A stretch of DNA of 24,345 nucleotides from Fibrobacteria bacterium (GTDB lineage: Bacteria; Fibrobacterota; Fibrobacteria; UBA11236), in contig JBJHDK010000037.1 of NCBI GenBank assembly GCA_050486505.1, forward strand, positions 1 through 24,345, read 5' to 3'. Each line of letters opens with the position of its first letter. The first letter of the stretch is position 1. The notes under the pieces are model-generated. The model did no database searches. It saw only the letters and a program-made list of their open reading frames with translations, and was not told the DNA's origin. The position numbers and the translations under genes were made by a program. This document shows positions 16,280-23,119 of this stretch, one piece after another.

Positions 16280-18376
16280 ATGTCCACGATGTTGCAAGCA
16301 AAGACCGTCTCGATCCCCCTTCCTGACGGCCGCGAGATCACCCTTGAATCCGGCCGCATGGCCAAGCAGGCGCACGGCGCCGTGCTCGCCCGCCTGGGAG
16401 ACACCATGGTGCTTTGCACCGTGGTCTTCGGCGAAGACAAGCCCGCCGACTTCTTCCCCCTGACCGTGGAATATCGCGAGAAGTTCTACGCCGCCGGAAA
16501 GATCCCCGGCGGGTTCTTCAAGCGCGAAGCCAAGCTCAGCGATCGCGAGGTCCTGGTCTGCCGTATCATCGACCGCTCTCTGCGTCCCATGTTCCCCGAA
16601 GGCTTCACCCGCGAGGTGCAGATCGCCTGCACGGTGATCTCAGCGGACGACCAGCATGATGCTGAAACGATCTCGCTGGTCGGAGCCTCGGCCGCCATCG
16701 GCCTTTCCGAGCTTCCTTTCGAGGAGCAGGTCGCCGGCGTGCGCGTCATCGGCTCCCTCGACGGCGATTTCATCATCAATCCCACCTTCGAGCAGGCCGA
16801 AGGCGCCGACATCGACATGGTGATCTCCGGCACGGCCACCTCGGTGACCATGGTCGAAGGCTCGGCCTTCGAGGTTCCCGAAGAGTTGATGGTCAAAGCC
16901 ATTCTCGCGGGCCACGAGGCCATCAAGGCCATCGTTCGCGGGCAGGAAGAGCTGATCGCGCAGTTCCCCGTCACGAAGATGGAATTCACCGCCCCCGAGC
17001 GCAACGCGGACATTCTCAAGCGCGTCGAGGCTGTCTCCCAGCCTCTGCTGCAGGACCTTTTCCATCAGGGCTACCTGAAGAAGGCCTACTACGCGGGAGT
17101 CAAGAAGGTCAAGGCCCAGGTCAAGGAGACTCTTGCCGCCGAACTCCCCGAGCAGGAAGACGAAATCGGCAAGTGCTTCGAGGAAATCCTCTGGCGCGAC
17201 ATGCGCGAGATGGTGCTCTCCGAAAAGCGTCGCATCGACGGGCGCGGCCCAACTGACGTGCGCCCCATCGAGATCCAGACTGGCGTCCTGCCGCGCGCCC
17301 ACGGTTCCGCACTCTTCCAGCGCGGCGAAACGCAGGGGCTCGTGGTCACCACGCTCGGCACCCGTCGCGACGAGCAACGCGTCGAGTCACTGCAGGGCGA
17401 GTCATTCAAGAACTACATGCTCCATTACAACTTCCCGAGCTTCTCCGTGGGTGAGGCCAAGCGCCCCGGCCCCACGGGCCGCCGGGAAATCGGTCACGGC
17501 TTCCTCGCCGAGCGCGCGCTTGCGCCGGTGTTGCCGACCGCGGAGAGCTTCCCGTACACGATTCGCATCGTGTCGGACATCCTCGAGTCGCACGGTTCCT
17601 CGTCGATGGCCTCCGTCTGCGGCGGATCGCTCTCGTTGATGGATGCCGGCGTCAAGATCAAGGCTCCTGTGGCGGGCATCGCCATGGGCATGGTCTCCGA
17701 CGGCAGCCGGTACGTGACCCTTTCCGACATCAACGGCACCGAGGATCACCTTGGCGACATGGACTTCAAGGTCTGCGGCACCGCGCAGGGCATCACGTCC
17801 TTCCAGATGGACATCAAGCTGCGCGGCATCACCGCCGAGATGATGACCGAAGCTCTCCATCAGGCGAAAGCCGGACGCGAGCACATCCTCGGCAAGATGA
17901 ACGAAGCCCTGCCCGAGGCGCGCGACCTTTCGAAGCTCGCGCCGGCGATCATCCAGCGCCAGATCCCCGTCGACAAGATCAAGGAACTGATCGGCCCCGG
18001 CGGCAAGATCATCCGCGGCATGCAAGAAAGCACCGGTGCCACCATCGACGTGAATGACACCGGCATGGTCACCATCTCGGCCCCGCATCGCGGCAACGCA
18101 CTGCTGGCCCAGCGCATGATCAACGAGCTTTTCGCGGAAGCCGAAGTCGGCAAGGTCTACAAGGGCAAGGTTAAGGGCATCACCACCTTCGGCGCTTTCG
18201 TGGAGATCCTCCCGGGCAAGGAAGGTCTGGTGCACATCTCCGAGCTGGACACCCAGCGTGTGGAAAAGGTCGAGGACGTGCTGGCCATGGGCGACGAGCT
18301 CGAGGTCAAGTGCATCGGTGTCGACCCGACCGGCAAGATCAAGTTGAGCCGCAAGGCTCTCCTTCAAGGCGCCTGA
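16280..18376 (+). CDS. pnp: Polyribonucleotide nucleotidyltransferase (PNPase)
   Basis: FFPLTVEYREK, GKIPGGFFKRE, RIDGR, HGSALFQRGETQ, RREIGHG, EDHLGDMDFKV, KH domain (IGPGGK) and S1 domain. Confidence 0.98.
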   Translation: MSTMLQAKTVSIPLPDGREITLESGRMAKQAHGAVLARLGDTMVLCTVVFGEDKPADFFPLTVEYREKFYAAGKIPGGFFKREAKLSDREVLVCRIIDRSLRPMFPEGFTREVQIACTVISADDQHDAETISLVGASAAIGLSELPFEEQVAGVRVIGSLDGDFIINPTFEQAEGADIDMVISGTATSVTMVEGSAFEVPEELMVKAILAGHEAIKAIVRGQEELIAQFPVTKMEFTAPERNADILKRVEAVSQPLLQDLFHQGYLKKAYYAGVKKVKAQVKETLAAELPEQEDEIGKCFEEILWRDMREMVLSEKRRIDGRGPTDVRPIEIQTGVLPRAHGSALFQRGETQGLVVTTLGTRRDEQRVESLQGESFKNYMLHYNFPSFSVGEAKRPGPTGRREIGHGFLAERALAPVLPTAESFPYTIRIVSDILESHGSSSMASVCGGSLSLMDAGVKIKAPVAGIAMGMVSDGSRYVTLSDINGTEDHLGDMDFKVCGTAQGITSFQMDIKLRGITAEMMTEALHQAKAGREHILGKMNEALPEARDLSKLAPAIIQRQIPVDKIKELIGPGGKIIRGMQESTGATIDVNDTGMVTISAPHRGNALLAQRMINELFAEAEVGKVYKGKVKGITTFGAFVEILPGKEGLVHISELDTQRVEKVEDVLAMGDELEVKCIGVDPTGKIKLSRKALLQGA

Positions 18377-18389
18377 ACCGAAGCGGATC

Positions 18390-18417
18390 CCGTCCGCCGC
18401 GCTTGCGCGGCGGACGG
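18390..18417. other. Perfect 12-bp GC hairpin after pnp (3' stabiliser or weak terminator)
   Basis: ccgtccgccgcg-cttg-cgcggcggacgg followed only by 'tta'. Confidence 0.7.
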
Positions 18418-18432
18418 TTACCCCAACTTTCC

Positions 18433-19749
18433 GTGAAAGCACCGCGCACCCCCCTCCGCCGCGAGCTCCTCGAAAACGGAGTCTGGATCGCCACGGAATT
18501 CCTCCCGCACGTGCGGTCCGCCAGCCTCGGCGTTTATCTCGACACCGGTTCGCGCGACGAGTCTCCCGCCGCCAATGGTCTCGCGCACTTCTACGAGCAC
18601 ATGGTCTTCAAGGGGACGCCTCGTTTGGGCCCCCTCGACATCGTTCGCCGCTTCGAGGCCACCGGAGGGCAAGTCAACGCATACACGTCCAAGGAGCAAA
18701 CCTGTTTCTACGGCAAGGTCGTGGAAACCGAGATCGACGGCGCCCTCGATGCCCTGCTCGACATGGTCTTCGCGGGCAAGTTCGATGCCGAAGACGTGCG
18801 CAAGGAGAAGGACGTCGTCATCGAGGAAATCCGTAGCGTCAATGACACCCCGGATGAACTGGCCTACGAGTTGTTCGCACGCGCCGCCTTCGGCACCCAC
18901 GCGCTGGGACGCCCCATCGCCGGCACCGAGCGCTCGGTGAACAACCTGGATGCCGCCCTTCTGCGCAACCATCGCGATGCCGCCCGCAAGACCGTACCCG
19001 TGGCCATCGTCGCTGTCGGACGCATCGACCATGACGCCTTCGCGGCGCGCGTGCGGCGATATTTCAGGCTGAGGGCGCCCCATGGGTCGCCCTTGCAGGG
19101 CCGCCGCACGACCACCATCGGCCGCGCACCCTTGGCGCGCACCGCCGCACCCTTCCGTGCAAGCCATCTGATCAAAACACGCGACGTGCAACAAGCAACG
19201 GTCATCGCGGGCGGCGCGGGATGCGCCTGGGATTCCCCGGATCGTTTTCCCCTCCTCTTGCTTCACTGCGCCCTGGGCGACGGCATGAGTTCGCGCCTGT
19301 TCCAGAACCTGCGTGAGGAACACGGATTGGTTTACAGCATTTTCTCAAGCCCCGAATTCATGGCTCGCGAAGGACTGTTCAGCATCGGCTTCGCCACGGA
19401 TCCGCGCCACGTCGAAAAGGCCGTGCAGGAGATCGGTCGCGAGCTGACGCTGCTCCGTGACAAAGGCTTGTCCGCGACTGAGCTCCGGCGCGCCAAAGAG
19501 AACGTCAAGGGAGGCATCCTGCTGGGCCTCGAATCGACCGGGTCCCGCATGGCGGCCCTCGCGCGCCGCCTATTGACCGGACGCCCCGACGAGACCCTCG
19601 AGCGCACGGTCGAGCGCGTGGAAGCCGTCACGCGACAAGACGTCCTCCGTTGCGCGCGGCAGTATCTTCGGCCAGACACCTGGGCATCCGCCACGGTCGC
19701 GCCCAAGGGATTCAAAACCGACCTTGGGGCCCTGCTCGCCAAGGCCTGA
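18433..19749 (+). CDS. M16 family (pitrilysin-like) zinc peptidase
   Basis: GSRDE, GLAHFYEHMVFKGT (HxxEH), NAYTS, EKDVVIEE, GMSSRLFQNLREEHGLVY. GTG start at 18433 is inferred. Common neighbour of pnp. Confidence 0.93.
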   Translation: MKAPRTPLRRELLENGVWIATEFLPHVRSASLGVYLDTGSRDESPAANGLAHFYEHMVFKGTPRLGPLDIVRRFEATGGQVNAYTSKEQTCFYGKVVETEIDGALDALLDMVFAGKFDAEDVRKEKDVVIEEIRSVNDTPDELAYELFARAAFGTHALGRPIAGTERSVNNLDAALLRNHRDAARKTVPVAIVAVGRIDHDAFAARVRRYFRLRAPHGSPLQGRRTTTIGRAPLARTAAPFRASHLIKTRDVQQATVIAGGAGCAWDSPDRFPLLLLHCALGDGMSSRLFQNLREEHGLVYSIFSSPEFMAREGLFSIGFATDPRHVEKAVQEIGRELTLLRDKGLSATELRRAKENVKGGILLGLESTGSRMAALARRLLTGRPDETLERTVERVEAVTRQDVLRCARQYLRPDTWASATVAPKGFKTDLGALLAKA

Positions 19750-19776
19750 GCTTCCCGGCCCGCATACCCCCTGCAC

Positions 19777-19809
19777 CCGGAACATCATCCGCGATGATTC
19801 CGGTTTTTT
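19777..19809 (+). terminator. Intrinsic terminator ending the pnp-M16 transcript
   Basis: ccgga-ac-atcatc-cgc-gatgat-tccgg followed by T6. Confidence 0.7.
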
Positions 19810-19880
19810 CCCCGAATCGGGGCCCCTCAATCACAACTTTGTCGTACACGAAGTCGCACTGCCGGACGTATACTGAAGGT

Positions 19881-20807
19881 ATGGTCTCTTGCCTCACCCG
19901 CACCCGGTCGGTGAAACAGCTCGCTTTCGCGGGCATTCTGTGCGGCGGTGTCCTTCTGGCCGGCTGCATCATGGGTGGAGACAAGGGAAGGGATGACCGC
20001 CCGGTCGCACGAAGCGCCTGCGTGGACGCGGTTCCTGATACGAATGCTTCCGGTGGACTCATCGCGGCCGGGGCATACCACGGTCTCTATTCCGACATCG
20101 CCCTCGGCGTCAGCCGGGAATCGGAACTGGTCCTTGATGCGGATGGCAGCGCGCGCAACATTCTCATCCGCGACAATCTTCCCTTGACCGTCACCAAGGG
20201 AGCCTGGACTTCCACGGACGGACTCCTGCGGATCGATTCGCTGCGTTGGGCACCTTCCTCGAACGGTTTCAATTTTCACGCATGGCGCTCGGGAGATGCG
20301 GATGCCTTTGCCGTGCGCCGCGTCACCAATGAAAGTTTCGAGCGCGAGGAGCGTGTGACGCTCTGGGGAGGCGAAACTTCCACGATCTGGGTCTGCTACC
20401 AGCGCATGCACGAGTGGACCTTGCTGCCGGGACGATACGAGTATACGGAGACCCTGCGCGAGCCCGAATCGCCCACGGATTCTTTCAGCTTCCACTTCTA
20501 CATGGAGATCGAAGGCGACAGCCTGTACCGCGACGGCCACAGGGTTGAAAACACTCCTCTTGATGAATTCGAAAGCCGCGACTGGCGCGTCGCGGGCTCG
20601 TTCCTCGTCGCAGGGGACGCGCGCAACCGTACGTGGAACCCGTCAAGCGGCGACTATCTGCCGTGGGAAAGCGTGGAAGGGCTGGAGTACATCATCAGGC
20701 TGCGCGAAGGAGACGCGAACTCGTTCGAGCAGTGGGTTCCGACCGTGCTGAGTTACACCGATGATGCTTACTGGGCGAAGTGGGTGAGGGTGGAACAGGG
20801 AGAGTGA
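19881..20807 (+). CDS. Hypothetical lipoprotein with two tandem related domains
   Basis: Basic N-terminus, hydrophobic core and lipobox LAGC. Start ATG 19881 inferred (TATACT 6 nt upstream). Confidence 0.75.
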   Translation: MVSCLTRTRSVKQLAFAGILCGGVLLAGCIMGGDKGRDDRPVARSACVDAVPDTNASGGLIAAGAYHGLYSDIALGVSRESELVLDADGSARNILIRDNLPLTVTKGAWTSTDGLLRIDSLRWAPSSNGFNFHAWRSGDADAFAVRRVTNESFEREERVTLWGGETSTIWVCYQRMHEWTLLPGRYEYTETLREPESPTDSFSFHFYMEIEGDSLYRDGHRVENTPLDEFESRDWRVAGSFLVAGDARNRTWNPSSGDYLPWESVEGLEYIIRLREGDANSFEQWVPTVLSYTDDAYWAKWVRVEQGE

Positions 20808-20921
20808 ACGGAAACGGGCGATGGGCGATGGGTCGCGGACAATAAAACACCCGAAAAACCGCTTCGATCGCCCCGGACATTTTTCACTGCTCACCGTTCA
20901 CGATCCACTGCCCACCGTTCA
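20805..20921. repeat. Degenerate inverted heptamer-array cassette C
   Basis: Left gggcgat-gggcgat-gggtcgc-ggacaat (20816-20843). Right cactgct-caccgtt-cacgatc-cactgcc-caccgtt (20885-20919). Terminal tgaacgg/ccgttca contain the two convergent stop codons. Confidence 0.65.
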
Positions 20922-21395
20922 ATCCCGCTCAGGATCAAGAAGGCGCGGACCGGAACCTTCCGCCGCCAGGCAGTCACCCGGGTTGCGCAGCGGGCAATCC
21001 CTGATCGACAGGCAGCCGCACCCGATGCACGTCGTCAATTGATCGCGCAAACGCGTCAACCGCTCGATCCGGTCCCCCAGATCCTTCTTCCAACGCGAAG
21101 ACATGCGGGCCCAATCCGCCGCGGTGGCGGCCTCATCGCACGGCAACGTCTCCAGTGCCGTGCGGATTTCAGCCAGCGGAATTCCCACGCGCTGCGCCAC
21201 CTTGATGATCGACACCCGACGCAAGACCTCGCGCGCATAGCGGCGCTGGTTGCCCCGATTGCGGCGGCTGTGGATCAGCCCCTTTGCCTCGTAAAAGTGC
21301 AGCGCCGACACCGCCACTCCGCTACGCGCCGACACCTCCCCCACGCTCAGTTCCTCCTTGATCCCCTCAGGATCGCGTTTTTGCGGATTCATCAT
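20919..21395 (-). CDS. soxR: Redox-sensitive transcriptional activator SoxR
   Basis: MerR HTH (LSVGEVSARSGVAVSALHFYE), RNRGNQRRY, and [2Fe-2S] motif CIGCGCLSIRDC. Start 21395 or 21392. Confidence 0.97.
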   Translation of the reverse strand: MMNPQKRDPEGIKEELSVGEVSARSGVAVSALHFYEAKGLIHSRRNRGNQRRYAREVLRRVSIIKVAQRVGIPLAEIRTALETLPCDEAATAADWARMSSRWKKDLGDRIERLTRLRDQLTTCIGCGCLSIRDCPLRNPGDCLAAEGSGPRLLDPERD

Positions 21396-21403
21396 TTTAC
21401 CCC

Positions 21404-21434
21404 TTGACCTAAAGTAATGTTGAGGTTGCACATT
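21404..21434 (+). promoter_or_regulatory. SoxR-type promoter: -35 TTGACC, 19-bp spacer with SoxR box, -10 CACATT
   Basis: CCTAAAGTAATGTTGAGG (21408-21425) resembles the SoxR consensus CCTCAAGTTAACTTGAGG; the 19-bp spacer is typical of MerR-family promoters. Confidence 0.88.
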
Positions 21435-21481
21435 TCCTAATGAAGCAAATCCACGGCAAAATTCCAAACAAGGAGTCGAAC

Positions 21482-22090
21482 ATGCAGACCACACAGATCC
21501 CCCAAACAGCAGAGACGGGTTGGAAGGAGTCCCTCCGAAAAGCCCCCGTCATCCTCGGCATCTCAGGCAGCCTGCGAGACGGGAGCACCACACGCCTTGC
21601 CGTGGAGGCCGCACTGCGCGGGGCGCACGAGGCCGGAGCCGAAACACGGCTCATCAACCTGAAGGATTACCGCCTGCCCCTGGCGGGAGGCGACGAGCAG
21701 GAGTATCCCGACACGGAAAGGTTGCGGGGGGAGCTCGCTGCGGCCGACGGCTTCGTGTGGGGAACCCCGGAGTATCACGGCAGCTTCAGCGGCGTCCTGA
21801 AGAACGCACTCGACCTCACAAGCGGCGAAGTGTTCGACGGCAAGGCGGTGGGGCTGGTCGGCGTCTCCGGCGGAGCACAGGGCGCGACGCACGGCCTCGC
21901 GGGCTTGCGCACGATCGCGCGGTCGCTGCACGCATGGGTGGTTCCCGACCAAGCGTCGGTGCCCGAGGCGGGCGAAGCCTTCGACAGGAACGGGGCGCCG
22001 CGCTCGGCCGCGCTGGACAAGCGACTGCGCGAGGTCGGGAGACAGGTGGCGCGACTGGCGCGGGTGTTGGGGGCTCCCGACACCCTGTAA
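21482..22090 (+). CDS. NAD(P)H-dependent FMN reductase / flavodoxin-fold quinone reductase family
   Basis: LGISGSLRDGSTT, ADGFVWGTPEYHGSFSGVLKNALD, GKAVGLVGVSGG; AGGAG 6 nt before ATG 21482. Confidence 0.92.
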   Translation: MQTTQIPQTAETGWKESLRKAPVILGISGSLRDGSTTRLAVEAALRGAHEAGAETRLINLKDYRLPLAGGDEQEYPDTERLRGELAAADGFVWGTPEYHGSFSGVLKNALDLTSGEVFDGKAVGLVGVSGGAQGATHGLAGLRTIARSLHAWVVPDQASVPEAGEAFDRNGAPRSAALDKRLREVGRQVARLARVLGAPDTL

Positions 22091-22121
22091 GGGCGACCTG
22101 CGGGTCGCCCTTACAGGGTGT
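22080..22121. repeat. REP-like palindrome (perfect 19-bp stem) at the convergent junction
   Basis: acaccctgtaagggcgacc-tgcg-ggtcgcccttacagggtgt; core GTAAGGGCG...CGCCCTTAC. Confidence 0.8.
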
Positions 22122-23032
22122 TAGCGGTCGCCCCGCGCTAACACCCCCGCCGCCAGCATCATCGCAGCCATCCACAACAGGTCGGCCAGCAGCAGGTGGG
22201 TCAGCTGCATCCACACGGGCGCCAGCAGCAACAGGTTCACGAAGCCCGCCGTCACCTGCACGATGACGAGCAACACGGTCGCAAGCGCCCACCGGCGAAC
22301 CGCCGCGGACGCGTGCGTGTAGAGCACGGCCGACAGCACCGCCATCCAGGCGGCTGCGGCGATCGCGATCACTGGATGCCAAATGCGCAGCCGCACGAGA
22401 ATGTGCGAGTCGGGATCGAAGTCCATGCGGATCCCCTCGGCGATCGACTCCGCGGGGAAGAGCGTGTTCCCCAGCGCCGCGACTGCGCCAGTGGAGCCCG
22501 CAAAGATCAGCAGCAGCAGGCCCACGGCGAAACGCCAGACCCAGGGACCGGAGAACCGCGGGCGGGAATCCGTCCAGCCGGCGCGGGCGGCCAGCGTCAT
22601 CCACCCCAGCAGGATGAAGGTATTCGCGAGATGCGCCGCCATCCACCAACCGCGCGCGAGCGACGGGTTGTCGGCGACCAGCTCGAGCACCACGAGAGCC
22701 GCGCCGATCAGCGCTTCGATCACCAGGAAGATCGCGGACCAAACAACCGTGAGCCGGGCGAAGTGCCCCTTGGGGAACACGCGGAACGCGCAGACCACCC
22801 ACGCGACCATCATCAACAGCAGGATGCCGCTGGTGAAGCGGTGGGTGAATTCGATGAAGGTTTCGAGGCTGGGCGAGCGCGGGATGATCTCACCGTTGCA
22901 CAGCGGCCAGTGGTCGCCGCACCCTGCGCCCGATCCCGTCGCGCGCACGAACGCGCCCCACAGGATGACGGCGATGGTGTAGGCGAGCGTCGCCAGGGAG
23001 AGGGTGCGGTAGGATTTGATCGATTTCAGCAT
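22121..23032 (-). CDS. ctaA: COX15/CtaA family heme A synthase
   Basis: About 8 TM segments; GAFVRATGSGAGCGDHWPLCNG (two loop cysteines), IEFTHR, and further TM histidines (AAHL, IWHP, LTHL). Confidence 0.88.
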   Translation of the reverse strand: MLKSIKSYRTLSLATLAYTIAVILWGAFVRATGSGAGCGDHWPLCNGEIIPRSPSLETFIEFTHRFTSGILLLMMVAWVVCAFRVFPKGHFARLTVVWSAIFLVIEALIGAALVVLELVADNPSLARGWWMAAHLANTFILLGWMTLAARAGWTDSRPRFSGPWVWRFAVGLLLLIFAGSTGAVAALGNTLFPAESIAEGIRMDFDPDSHILVRLRIWHPVIAIAAAAWMAVLSAVLYTHASAAVRRWALATVLLVIVQVTAGFVNLLLLAPVWMQLTHLLLADLLWMAAMMLAAGVLARGDR

Positions 23033-23070
23033 GATTGATTCCCTGGCGGAAATTCAACGGGGGGCATTTT

Positions 23071-23119
23071 GTAGGGGCAAATTGCGTTGGGCGCTCTGCG
23101 TCCCATTATTTGCCCCTAC
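23071..23119. repeat. GTAG-type REP-like palindrome overlapping the mutS stop
   Basis: gtaggggcaaat (23071-23082) / atttgcccctac (23108-23119), with an inner stem tgggcgc/gcg-t-ccca. Confidence 0.75.

Noticed and set aside
19836..19854. Imperfect dyad ACTTtGT-cgtac-ACgAAGT upstream of the lipoprotein
   Set aside because: Single short occurrence with no regulator to assign; could be chance.
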